A DNA stretch of 63,693 nt, filler included, from Olpidium bornovanus S191 (lineage: Eukaryota; Fungi; Olpidiomycota): NCBI GenBank assembly GCA_017911155.1. It is 30 parts of 30 records of this genome, joined end to end, with 100 filler letters (N's around TTAATTAATTAA, not from the genome) between each part and the next. Parts side by side here need not be neighbours in the genome. Positions count along the whole stretch, not along the records: positions 25,539 to 26,992 come from JAEFCI010003387.1; positions 27,093 to 28,499 come from JAEFCI010009574.1; positions 28,600 to 30,094 come from JAEFCI010000215.1; positions 30,195 to 31,195 come from JAEFCI010007399.1; positions 31,296 to 33,839 come from JAEFCI010002252.1; positions 33,940 to 35,773 come from JAEFCI010001147.1; positions 35,874 to 37,345 come from JAEFCI010007530.1; 23 more parts are not named here. The stretch is one strand, 5' to 3'. Positions within the stretch are counted from its first letter, which is position 1. The number at the start of each line of letters is the position of its first letter. Positions 25,585 to 36,948 of this stretch are shown here, piece after piece. A program made the translations under genes and the position numbers. The notes beneath the pieces are model-generated. The model saw only the letters and a program-made list of their open reading frames with translations. It made no database searches and was not told the DNA's origin.

Positions 25585-26095
25585 GTGGTTCGTCCTCGTG
25601 TGAAGTGGCGCGGGCGAAGACGTTCGCGGTGACGGCTTGGCGGAAGCGCGTGAAGATGGGTGAGGCGGTTAGTCCTCGTGTGAGGTGGCGCGGGCGACGA
25701 CGTTCGCGGTGGCGGCTTGCTGTGGCGCGTGTGTGAAGCGGTTAGTCCTCGTTCACAGCGCAGGCGACGCGCGAGAGCGCGGGCGAAGACGTGACGGCTT
25801 GGTGGGGTCGCGTGAAGGTGGGTGTCTTCTTCTTTTACGTTCGCGGTGACGGCTTGGCGCGTAAAGGTGTCTTCTTCTTCCCCAGGGTGGCGCGTGAGTG
25901 AGGCGGTTAGTCCTCGTTCTCAGCACTGGAGCGCGGGAGAGCGGGGGCGAAGCGGGAGAGCGCGGGCGAAGCAGGAGAGCGCAGGCGAAGCGGGAGAGCG
26001 CGGGCGAAGCTGGAGAGCGCAGGCGAAGCGGGAGAGCGCGGGCGAACCAGGAGAGCGCGGGCGAAGACGAAGACTTTTGTGGTGACGGCTTGGTG
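25585..26095. repeat. Compound minisatellite: ~80-bp units with an internal 7 x 19-bp array (25933-26065)
   Basis: Units begin g(c/t)ggtt(a/c)gtcctcgt at about 25585, 25666, 25738 and 25903; gcgggagagcgcgggcgaa-like unit x7. Confidence 0.9.
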
Positions 26096-27345
26096 GAGTT
26101 TCCCCGGGGTGGTGCGTGCACGCGGGAGGGCGCGGGGCTCGTCGGCGTCGTCAAAGGAAGGGGAAGCGGCGGGGCTTCCACGTCGGGGCTCGTCGCGGTC
26201 ACTTTGGGACTCATAACCTTTCACGTTCGGACAGGGTTATGTGTATTGGAGGAGGAAAGTAGGGACCGGATAACGGTACACGGTACAAGCAGAATGTGTG
26301 GGGAAACAGCCCTTGACTACAACACATTGCCGTTAAGAGGGAGGAACAGAGGGAGAGAAAAAAAAAACAGAGAGAAAGGGCGAGAGATAACCGTGTCAGT
26401 CGGCCTGCGGGATGACCGCAACAAAAGTATGGGACAGAGAGAGGGAGACACGGAGAGAGAGAAAGACGCGTCGGAAAAGAAGAAAGGACGCGCAGACTTT
26501 CAAAATAATCAGCACGCCGGTGTCGGAGAATTTTTTCCACCCTCCCTCATATGTCGACTACCCCATTGATCGCTTATAAGGGGGGGACGAACGCTCCCGT
26601 TACCATCGCGCGCGTAAATAAATAATAAAGAAAGGATAGGATGCCCCTTCTGTACCGGACGCCTTGCGACCGCAGCAGCCCACGACGGAGCTGATGGCGC
26701 GCTCCTCAGAGCGGAACAGAAAAACGGGCACCTCGGCCCTCGGGTATTCTCCACCACGGCCATCGACGGGGGCCTTCACGCAAGCATCAAAGGTAAAGGC
26801 GGGGTAGGTAACGACAGCGTGCTACAAGAAAAACCCTTCTCCCGAGTTCCGCGGCGGCGTTCAAGCACTACCATGCAGCAAAGGCGCAAGCCATCCCATT
26901 CAGTCTGCTATCCCTTCCGAGAGGGGCCTATTTTCTTGACACCGGCCCGAGCGACACGGGCGGCAGCGGAACCGGAAGCAACGAGCCAACAANNNNNNNN
27001 NNNNNNNNNNNNNNNNNNNNNNNNNNNNNNNNNNNNTTAATTAATTAANNNNNNNNNNNNNNNNNNNNNNNNNNNNNNNNNNNNNNNNNNNNCATGTGGC
27101 CGCAGGGGAAGGAGGTGTGTTTTGGAATTTGCGCATTCGGCGGAAACGGACCGGCGGGCAACGGAATAGCATCACCATATATCTGCAGATACCATCATAG
27201 CATTTAGGTCGAGCAAATTTAGTTTTTTGGTTGTTTTTTTGGCCCAAGAAGCCACGTTTGCGGCATCACGGCCCCGGAAACACAGCGAGGTGTGGCCAGC
27301 GAGGAAGGAGGGGAGGGGATTGGGTGGATGCCAAGCGCACCGCTA

Positions 27346-27800
27346 AAACTTTGCAAACTCCGGGCGCCCGGGAAGGCCTTTTTTGTCCGGTCGGCAACAA
27401 GGTCAGCCTCCAGTAGGAGTTCGCTGTACGCGTCGAGGAATCGCCTGGGACGTCGTCGCGGTTTTTAGGGTGGAAGAGGGTGGCTTGTAGCTTTAAGGTA
27501 GCGGAAATTACGTTTTCTTCGACCTCGCCAACGAACTTCGCAAACTCCGGGCGCCGGGAAGGCCTTTTTGTTCAGCCCCAGTAGGAAGTCGCGTGTACGC
27601 GTTGAAGACCGCCTGGGTGTTGCCGCGGTTGTTAGGGCAGAAGAGGGTGGCTTGTAAACCTTCAAGGGCAGCGGAGAATACGTTTTTGAACCTCGCCAAT
27701 GAACTTCGCAAATTCCGGCGCCGGGAAGGCCTTTCGTCAGGTCGGCAACAGCTCAGCCCCGTGTACGCGTTGAGAATATGTTACGTTCCACGCTGTCCTC
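27346..27800 (-). pseudogene. ~187-bp tandem repeat (about 2.5 units) encoding a frameshifted ~62-aa repeat
   Basis: Units start at 27346, 27533 and 27701. The minus strand reads EFAKFVGEVEENVISATLKLQATLFHPKNRD and NVFSAALEGLQATLFCPNNRGNTQAVFNAYT. Confidence 0.6.
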
Positions 27801-28599
27801 AAATGAGCGGCGCCCCCCCCCCATTACAGAAGACAACCGACAGGGAGGGTGGGGGGGGATCTGCCCCTGCCCCCGTCCCAGCAAACAGCCCGCTTCTTGC
27901 CGGGCTCGGCGGGCCAGAATTTTCATTCTATGTTCTATTATTTTTTTATTATTTTGGCCCGCTTCCCGTTCACGCCTGCAACTGCGGTCGGAAAAGCTAA
28001 AAACGTTCGCCGCCGCTGGTTTCGCGCGATTTGCAGGTGGTGTCGTTTCCGGCGGGCTTCGGCGGAAGTCGGTCGCGCTTTGCTTGCTGTGTTGCGTCGC
28101 CTGCGAGGACGCCTAGCGGGCCTTGCCGTGTGAGCAAAGCGACCTCGTCTTTGTTTCCCTTTGCTTTTCAACCATGAAAGATATCTCGACAGGGTCGGAG
28201 CCGTTCTGGCCCATGGAAACCATCACAGCACGATTAAACGGGAGGCGCTCGACGGGATCGGTGTCGTCCAGGCCGCGGACGCCAATTTTTGATTGGAGGC
28301 GCATCCGGCGACCGGCCGGGGAAAGCGCCGCATTTTCCGGCCGGCCCTGTCACCGGCGCGCACTTGTGCCGGTCGAAACATGACTAGTTTGCCTCATTAT
28401 TCCGCCGCTTTTTTCCGCAGCCTGATTCAGAAAGCTCCCGGCGCTGGCGACGGCGGCTTTGTCGAGTTTTTAGAAGTTTCTTTTTTTTCTGATTGGCTCN
28501 NNNNNNNNNNNNNNNNNNNNNNNNNNNNNNNNNNNNNNNNNNNTTAATTAATTAANNNNNNNNNNNNNNNNNNNNNNNNNNNNNNNNNNNNNNNNNNNN

Positions 28600-29163
28600 C
28601 ATGGCGGCGCGAGCGACGCCGCGGGACACCGACTGGGCGTTGCGCTCGTCCCGCACGTAGGCGGCGAACCGCGCGCGGTGGTGGTAGTCCATCTGCGAGA
28701 GCGCCTGCTCGGCCTCGTACGAGTCGAGCACCTCCCGGTTCCGGCCGTCGACCGCGGGCGGCGGCGGCATCGGCCGGCCGGGCCCCCAGTCGTCGCCGTC
28801 GCAGTCGTCGTCGCCGTCCCCGCCCCCGTCGAGCATGAACGGCGGCAGCGCGGGATCCTGGCCGGCGGGGCGGCGCTTGGCGCCTCCGTATGCGAAGCGG
28901 AAGTCGTCGTCCCCCGCGTCCCCGCCCCCATCCCCGTCCCCGTCCCCGTCCCCGTCCCGGCCGCCGAAGCCGCCGCCCCGCCCCGCGGGGCCCTCGGTGC
29001 AGAACCGGCAGTCGGCCCCGCCGCCGCAGTCCGACCATTCGCCCCCGGCGCCGGCGCCGTCGCTCCGAGAGCCGTCCGGTTCCGCGGGCCGGTGCGGCGG
29101 CGGCGGATTGCGACCCGAGGCGCACGCCGCCCGCGGGCCCGCCGCGCCGTGCCGAGCTGTCAT
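28600..29163 (-). CDS. Hypothetical protein, N-terminal exon, Gly/Asp-rich, truncated
   Basis: Open from ATG 29163 to the contig end with strong third-position GC; ends in NREVLDSYEAEQALSQMDYHHRARFAAYVRDERNAQ. Confidence 0.55.
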
Positions 29164-29582
29164 TCGTGGGGCAGCAGCGGAATCCGAAAAAAAAAAAAAA
29201 GAAAAGTAAAATATGTTTCTGGGCGGGCGGTGTGTGTAGGGCTGGGGGGGGGACGGTTTCTCTTATCAAAATCGAATCGACACCGAGAATTCCTCCCTCT
29301 TTCCGTCCCCCCCCCCTTCTTTTCCCTCCGTTCGGCGAGACCCGGCAGTATCTGCGGCGGTTCCCTCCCACTCGCCACCGGGAGGTGTGTGGGTGTTTGC
29401 GTGCGCGTGCGCGTGGGGCGTATTATTACGGAGAGATTTTTTTTTTCCTGTCGGGGCGCGCGTGCGTTTTTCTTTTCTTTTTCCGCGGCCCCACAGCCGG
29501 CCCGCAGTTCTCTCGGTCTCTCAACTGCCCTGTCATCTGCGCTCCCACCTCTCTCACCTCTTTTCCTCCCTCAGCTCTCTCC

Positions 29583-29623
<41 letters not shown>

Positions 29624-30194
29624 CTCTGCTCTCTGTGCACCCTCTCTCTCTCTGCGCCCTTCGCTCTCTGAGCTTTCTCGCCAACACGTCTCGCCAACAC
29701 GTCGCGACGAGTGGGCCCGAAAAAAAAACAAAATAAAAAGAAGAAAAATAAATAAAATGTTTGGAGATGAACGTGTTGCCCTTCCCCTCTTTCGGAGACA
29801 AAAATTTTTTTTTTCCCGCCCGGCCCTCCCCCCGCGTCCCACCCCACACGCGCACCCCGCCGCCGACAACCTTCCCCCACCCGCCCGCCTTCCAATTTCG
29901 GCACACCAAGGGAGGAGCGGATGGAGGGGGGGGGAGGGGGGGGGAGAAGAGAGAGCGCTTTGCGACAGTGAACTCATGGTTGCCAATGGAGCCGAAGGTA
30001 AGGTGCCAAACCCAATCTAAGGAGAGGAGGATGAGCGATGGTGCTCAGAAAATGACAGTCAACGGAAGTCGGGGTGAGGGGAGAGGGCGTCGAANNNNNN
30101 NNNNNNNNNNNNNNNNNNNNNNNNNNNNNNNNNNNNNNTTAATTAATTAANNNNNNNNNNNNNNNNNNNNNNNNNNNNNNNNNNNNNNNNNNNN

Positions 30195-30599
30195 ATTCGC
30201 ATTGCGCGCGTCAATTCAGCCTCGAATCTGGCAGATCTGTGCACGAAACCTTTGGACAAGGTCAAGTTCATTGGATTCCGTAAAGGATTGGGTATGCGTA
30301 AGGTCTAACGGCAGCTCGCTGCGCAAGGGCGCAAGACAAACGTGAAACCGCCCGAGTTTGAGAAGAACGCATAGATTAAAGGTAGATCGGTAGTTTAGGC
30401 AGTGACCATGGGCGTTAGATAGATAGAGATGTGCGCAGTGAGGCGGGGTGCTGAAACGAGACCTGAAACAAAGGGGTTCAGGGGGGAGATATTGCACTGC
30501 GCCCACCCGGGTTTTCCCCTAAAATCCTCTCTATAAAGTAGGGTAGATTCCCGGAATAGAGCAGCTCCCGCGAGCTCCTTTCGAACGCAGAATTCAACA
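30195..30599 (-). mobile_element. LTR-like repeat, same family as 38923
   Basis: Reverse complement begins TGTTGAATTC and is highly similar over ~150 bp to 38923-39072; both give the spurious ORF MGAV.YLPPEPLCFRSRFS. Confidence 0.8.
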
Positions 30600-31295
30600 G
30601 GGTGGGTGGGGTGGGTGTTGGAGTACCGTCCCGGAATTTTCTGTACCGTCATGTGACCTTCCCCTTCCGCCCCTTCATAGACATCGGCCCGCTCCGCGCA
30701 CCTTTAATAGATACAACCTCCGGCGTTCCCTTGCCAGCGCGGGAAGAGGGGGCGTCGAGAGCGGCCGCTTCGGCGGGGCGGGCAGGACCCTCGCGTGGAG
30801 TTCAAGCGGAACCGAGACAATGCCCTGGAAATCAGAGGAGCTTCCGTTGCCGTCGGGCGCCTCCTCCTCCACGTTGGCGAGCTCGACTTTTACGTGCGCA
30901 CAAGGCAGAACACATGAGCGGAATGGCGGTATAATGTGTCGCAGCGTCGCGCCAGTCTACCTCACGCCTAGTGGACTCGGCCACGGCTTCGGTGAGACGG
31001 TTCCGCATCCCGCTCCCTCTGCTGGTAGCGCCAGACCCTCGGCAGCACGATTATCAGCCGGAAACGTTAACCGGCATGCTCCAGAATAATTCCACGAAAA
31101 CTCCTGAATTTTGCTCTCTCGCCCCCAATTACTTTTCGTCCGTACCTGTGTCGAGCAAACTGCTGCCGGAATGGAAACGGATTTGGGACAAGAGGNNNNN
31201 NNNNNNNNNNNNNNNNNNNNNNNNNNNNNNNNNNNNNNNTTAATTAATTAANNNNNNNNNNNNNNNNNNNNNNNNNNNNNNNNNNNNNNNNNNNN

Positions 31296-32991
31296 AGATT
31301 CGCTTCAACGCGGCGATCCAGGTGAAGAAGAGCGAGGTTGCGCCTTCTCCGGTATATTTTGGAATGGCCGCAATGAGTGACTTCCGTATGTCCTTCTCTT
31401 CGGAGGACAACGCATGTAAAGCCGGACGGCACCGATTGAGTCTGCCGCGATTTGGTTTTTGAAACGGCAGTCTCGAACCAAGAAAGTTGACGGGAACCTT
31501 CTTTTTTCTTTTCCTTACCTCCGTGAACCGCAAATACGTCCAGCGAGTCGTCGTAGCGCCCGATTTTCTTCAGGGTGATCGCGAAGTTGCAGATGACCGC
31601 GCCGATCAAGCCGAACGCGACTGCAGAGAACGGGCCGACGTATCCGGAAGCCGGCGTGATGCACACCAGGCCGGCGATCGCTCCGGTGCAGAAACCGGCC
31701 GCGGAGAGCTTCTTCCCGTGACGGTAGTCAAGGACCATCCAGGTCATGCCTGCAACGCTGGCGGCGATGTTTGTGACGAGGACGGCCATGGCGGCTCGGG
31801 CGTCCGCGGCCAAAGCGGAGCCGCCTGGGGAGGTGGAAGGCACGAGCGCGTATACAGATTTCAATTCGTAAATATTACTCTGGACTGAGAAATTCGCCTT
31901 CCGCGCACCTCCGAAAGGCGAAAAGGCGCAAAACGCATTTACCGTTAAAGCCCGTCCATCCGAACCACAGGAGGGACGTGCCCAGAACCATGTGAGACAT
32001 CGAGTGGGGCTTGTTGATTTCCGGGTGCTGGCGGCGCTCGCCCAGAATCAGCGCGTAAGCCACGGCGGCCGCCCCTGACGAAATGTGGACGGGGGTGCCT
32101 AAACGGTGCGAATGCCGGCCAGTTCATCGGAGTTAACAGGAAAGATGGGGAAGGAACGGAGAGAAGTGAAGTTAGAGTTACAGCAAGGTAATTTGCATAA
32201 ACACCCAGCCGCGCAACTAAATTCAGCGGGCTTCGCCTACCTCCGGCGAAGTCCAGCCCACCCATCCGGAAAGACCAGCCCTGAGGGTTCCAAGTCCAGT
32301 AGGCAATCACGTTGTAAACAACGGTGCTCCACAAGAAGATGTACACCAGCATCGGGAGAAGCCGTCCGCGCTCCGCCGTCGATCCCAGGGAAAGCGCCGG
32401 CGTTATTGCGGCGAACATCCCCTGGAAAATGCAGAAGACCAGGTCGGGAATTCGCGGGGTGCCGACGGACGGGCCGTCCGACACTCGGAGGAGCAGCGCT
32501 GCGGATTGCACGACGGGAGCAACGCGGAAGATGGGCCAGCGTCCGGTCGCGTGAGTTCATTGAGACACCCGCAATTTTTCGTGAAGAACAAAAAAAAAAA
32601 AATGGACGAGGAAGGGGGGAAGGCAAGCGCCGCCGCAAGGGTTTCTTTCACTATAGGGGACATCTGGCAAACTTGCGCCCGGGCACCCGCGATCGGGGCT
32701 CCGGCGCCCACATCTGTTTCGTGGCACAAGGGGGGTCTCCAGAACCGCACCGTTTTCCAGGTTTCCGATAAACGGGTTTCTGGAGGTCTTGGAGAACGTG
32801 AGCGAGAACCCCCACAAGAACCACTCAAAGCCGGCGACGGCCACTGATACCAGCGAGAGCATGATCATGGTCAACGCGTTGCGCCTTCCCGTGAGGCCGG
32901 AGTAGCTGGATGGGGGGAGAGCCTATACTGGTTACACTCGGGCGCCAGCTTTGCCAACAAAAACGAGACAGACAGAGACAGACAGATAGAT

Positions 32992-33045
<54 letters not shown>

Positions 33046-33251
33046 TTCGGCAGCTGCACACACAAGTATCCGACCCCGGGGATCATGATGAAGACCAAGG
33101 CCGCGCTGGTCAGGACCCAGGCGACGTCGCCGGGAGCGTAGACCGACTCGGCGTGCGGCGTGGCGGCCCTGAGGGCGGCGACCAGCGTCTGGAGCTCGGT
33201 AACGTTCCTCTGCAGCTCGCTGAGGAGCGCAGCGCTGCCGGCCGTCGCCAT
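31296..33251 (-). CDS. Ammonium transporter (Amt/Mep family), 3'-truncated
   Basis: GDVAWVLTSAALVFIMIPGVG, FQGMFAAITPAL, AERGRLLP, GGLDFAGG|TPVHISSG, LLWFGWTGFNG, GAIAGLVCITPASGYV, DDSLDVFAVHG. Both conserved histidines are present. Confidence 0.97.
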
Positions 33252-33747
33252 CTGCCGGGAGAAGCCTTGGTGGGGGGTTGAGTTGGCTCTGAGTGGGTGG
33301 AAGGGGGGGGGGGGGGGGGGAGGAATGGGTGGCCGGGAGGAGAGAACGCGGAAAAGGCGGAGACGCGGGCGGAGAGGAGCGCGCCCTTTTTTTTTCTTTT
33401 TTTTTTTTTAGGGAAGAACGCGCGTTTTTATCATGTGGCTCATGGGCATATTATCTGCTGGGGGGGTGTGACCGCAGCAAGGCGTGGGGGGCGGGCGTGG
33501 GGGAAAGGAAGGGGGGGGGGAGGGAAATGGGGAAGGGGCCTCGTTTCTGGTCCTCCGATTGGGCCGGCGAAATTCCCCGCGGGGAAGACGCGAGATTGAG
33601 AGAGAGAGAGAGGGAGTGAGGGAGAGAACCAAGCTCTCTGCTGTCACACTGTCACGCGCGCCCCTCGATTTTTTATTTTTTATTTACACCTCCGTTTTTC
33701 TTGTTTCTCCTTGGCTCTCTCCCACGCGCCCGGGGCAAAAACAAAAA

Positions 33748-33839
<92 letters not shown>

Positions 33840-34829
33840 NNNNNNNNNNNNNNNNNNNNNNNNNNNNNNNNNNNNNNNNNNNNTTAATTAATTAANNNNN
33901 NNNNNNNNNNNNNNNNNNNNNNNNNNNNNNNNNNNNNNNCATGGAAATAAACAATCCCGACGAACGCCTCCAGCGAAGTGTTAACAACGATCAAAGCAGC
34001 ACCTTGGAATTTTGGTTGACATTTTCCCCCCGACTTCCGCTCGTCAAACAAGGACCCAGAATTGCGGGAAAACCGAAGGAAGCCGTAAAGGCTGCGACCG
34101 GACTCGAACTATCCTAAACCACAAAAGGCGTAACGCCCACAAGCACAGCGTGAAGCCAGATTGAAGCTGGACACAGAATCCGCGAAGCTGTATTATGTAC
34201 GGAAAAGCGTCCTGAGGCTTCCGAGTCACGGCGGTTCCCTTGCATTCCTTTGAATTTTTAACAAATTTCTTGCTCGAGATCGGTAGGGAAAGCCGACGGT
34301 GGAGGGAAAACGAGCGGATCCAGGGACTTTCGGTACGCAACGCGGCGTGCCACTAGTCGTATCTTCCCTTGTTGCCAGTGAATCCTCTTCCACCCAAGTC
34401 TGCCCACTCCTCGTTTGCCGGTGGAGCCCGAAGAAGCAAGAACTCGTCTTCATTCAAAGTTCTGGTGAAGGTATGCGTCACCGCCAAGCAGCAGGGGGAG
34501 TGTAATTCTTGCGGGAAAAAACCATAGTAGCGAAGTGGGGCGAGCGGGGAGGGATGGTCAGTTGCAAAACCATCGTGATCAAGGCCCCAGAAGACCTCCA
34601 AGGAACCAGTCAAGTCAACCAAGTTGCAGAAAACACAGCCGGCCTTAGGTCCGTCTGGGCAACCGTGGCGGTAAACCACTCGTAACCGCCGAAAACGGCC
34701 GTTCGCCTGACGCGAAATGGAGACCATACGGCTTGAAATGAAAGGGAAACCAGGAGAACACTCAAACGCCGACCACCCAGTCCAACCCAAAAGAGCAAAG
34801 GGAAAAAAAAACGGGAGGAGGGAAAAGAC

Positions 34830-35036
34830 TCACGTTTTGTATGTCCCTTCCGCCTTCTCCTTCTCGATTTTTTCGTAGAACGCGTCAATTTTCTTGTACT
34901 TAGGGATGACGTACATGTGCCAGTACGCTTCGGCGGATACAAAGCCAAATGTGCAGGCGGAAGCGACGGTGCGTATAATTCTCTTCCTGTGCATGTTGAC
35001 GATGGGCTTCATCGTGTTTTGTACTTTGGGCGCCAT
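34830..35036 (-). CDS. COX9: Cytochrome c oxidase subunit Cox9 (COX6C family)
   Basis: 68-aa ORF MAPKVQNTMKPIVNMHRKRIIRTVASACTFGFVSAEAYWHMYVIPKYKKIDAFYEKIEKEK: one TM helix and a FY..+ tail like fungal Cox9. Confidence 0.75.
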   Translation of the reverse strand: MAPKVQNTMKPIVNMHRKRIIRTVASACTFGFVSAEAYWHMYVIPKYKKIDAFYEKIEKEKAEGTYKT

Positions 35037-35166
35037 GTTTGCCGTTTGCCGTGTGCCGTGGTGTTCCTCCGGGGGTTCCGTACCGTGTGTCGTGTGCTAG
35101 TTCCTCCGCGGGGTCCAGTGCTCTGTGTGTCGTGCCGGTTGCGGGGATCGCCGAAATGGGCCCAAC

Positions 35167-35176
35167 GTCACGTGAC
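35167..35176. promoter_or_regulatory. GTCACGTGAC palindromic E-box upstream of COX9
   Basis: Exact 10-mer about 130 nt upstream of the COX9 ATG; also at 47131 and 61198. Function not shown. Confidence 0.35.
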
Positions 35177-35348
35177 TCCTCATGCTGTCCACGGGGCAAA
35201 TGCCGCCGCCCACGAGTGTCGAACCGGGCGGCCACTTCGAGTTGCGTACCGCATTCCACTGCTGAGAAGAGGCGGTCTCCTGGCTTGGCGGGAGTCTCCG
35301 AATTCTTTTGAGTTACCGCAAATCCCGACCTCACAGTTGCTTTGTCAG

Positions 35349-35773
35349 CTGCTCCTCTCCGCCAGAAGCCAGCTCGTGACTTACGAATTGTGTGATGCCC
35401 TCACCCACACCCTGAGATCCCCGTGGTCGGCCGCTTCCGCCACTAGGGAGAAAATCCCTGCGCCCTGCGAGGTATTCAAAGTCGTTCGCCGCCGGTACTT
35501 GCATTGGTGCAAGGTCATGGAGGATATAGCTCGGAGTCTGATAAAGAATTGGGTGAGTAACCCCGCCGCGCCAGAGCCGCATTTCGTGGAGTTCCTTAGA
35601 TATACGGAGAAAGAGGGCATTTGACTTGGCAAACTCCAGCCCGCAGACCATAACTATTTTGTGCTCCCCGGAACACTGGTGGTCAAAGAGTCCCTCACCT
35701 CTTGGTGTTCATCAAACCAACATTTGTTGAAGAGCATTGGCGAGCGGAAACTTGATAATGGTTGGCAGCATGC
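35349..35773 (+). CDS. Unidentified multi-exon gene fragment
   Basis: Exon-like VFKVVRRRYLHWCKVMEDIARSLIKNW|gtgagt...cag|DHNYFVLPGTLVVKESLTSWCSSNQHLLKSIGERKLDNGWQH. Confidence 0.35.
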
Positions 35774-35909
35774 NNNNNNNNNNNNNNNNNNNNNNNNNNN
35801 NNNNNNNNNNNNNNNNNTTAATTAATTAANNNNNNNNNNNNNNNNNNNNNNNNNNNNNNNNNNNNNNNNNNNNCCATCTCTCCCTCCTTCCCATCTCTCC
35901 CTCCCTCCC

Positions 35910-35997
<88 letters not shown>

Positions 35998-36028
35998 CTC
36001 TTCCTTTCCCTCCTGTTTCTCCCCTCAC

Positions 36029-36370
36029 CCACGTTTCCCCCGACTGAAGGGCCCTGAACAGCTGCGCGGTCCGGGCGCACAGGAGGCCGAAGCACCAGGC
36101 GCAGCCGACGTCGACGCACAGGAGGAAGCGGAGGAAGTGCTGGTAGTTCGCGTGGCCGACGCAGTTCGCGACCCAGGGGCAATGGTGGTCCATGCGGAGC
36201 ACGCAGCGGCCGCAGGCGCTGCAGTGGTGCGAGCGCGGCGGCTTGTAGGTCCTGCAGGTCCGGCAGTAGCGCGGCTTGAGCGAGGACTTGCCGACCTCGA
36301 CGAACTCGGACGTGTCGCCGGCGGCGGCGCCGTTTGTTCCGGAGTCGTTCCGTTTCAGGAGGTACGGCGG
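36029..36370 (-). CDS. PFA4: DHHC palmitoyltransferase, Cys-rich exon (Pfa4-like), fragment
   Basis: [51 protein letters not shown], followed by a gtgagg donor. Confidence 0.9.
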
Positions 36371-36373
36371 GGC

Positions 36374-36428
<55 letters not shown>

Positions 36429-36594
36429 CGGGCCAGTTGCTGCCCGATACGCAGCGCCCGGCAAAGGCGGAATCCCCAAGCGAGAGAGAACGAGAGCGAA
36501 ACACGAAAAAAAAAAACAAAAAAAAGGAAAGAGCCTTCACCCACCCACCTCCCCCCACCCCACAGCGAACGCTTCACGATTCTGGAAAACTCAC

Positions 36595-36948
36595 GGTGGG
36601 CGCCCAGTCTCCGCGGTTGACGCACCCGGAGGCGGCGAGGTCTGCGCACCCGCACTCGGTGTTACAGTAGCCGGGCGGCTGCGTTTTCAGGTGAACCTCG
36701 CACGGATTGTCGTCGGGAGCGTAGTGGTTGACGGGGATGTCCGGGATGCCGGTCAGATCGTACATCTCCGAGAAGTGCGGGGTCGGGGGCGCAAGGGCGT
36801 CGAGCATGGCGGGCCAGCGGGAGCAGTCAAGCTGTTTCCCCGGCGGCGGCAGCGGCAGCGGCAGCTTCAGTTCGGCGGCGGCGAACGCGGCCGCCGTCAG
36901 CGCGGCCAAGCCGGCGGCTCTGGCGAGGGAGAGGGCGAAGGAACGCAT
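36595..36948 (-). CDS. Secreted protein N-terminus resembling fungal chitin deacetylases (CE4/NodB)
   Basis: Signal peptide [23 protein letters not shown], then WP...IPDIP...C...CGC...C...WAPT|gtgagt, matching the region just before the (F/Y)DDGP motif. The catalytic exon is not present. Confidence 0.6.

Noticed and set aside
26207-26222. ctcataacct shared with the sequence just upstream of the LTR at 38923
   Set aside because: Only about 10 bp and no LTR follows; compatible with chance.
25585-27800. CRISPR arrays
   Set aside because: These are head-to-tail tandem repeats without unique spacers, in a eukaryote with no cas genes.
33701-33895. Poly-Lys, poly-Gly, poly-Pro and poly-Phe ORFs throughout the track
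   Set aside because: Translations of homopolymer tracts and GC-rich antisense frames, without coding character.
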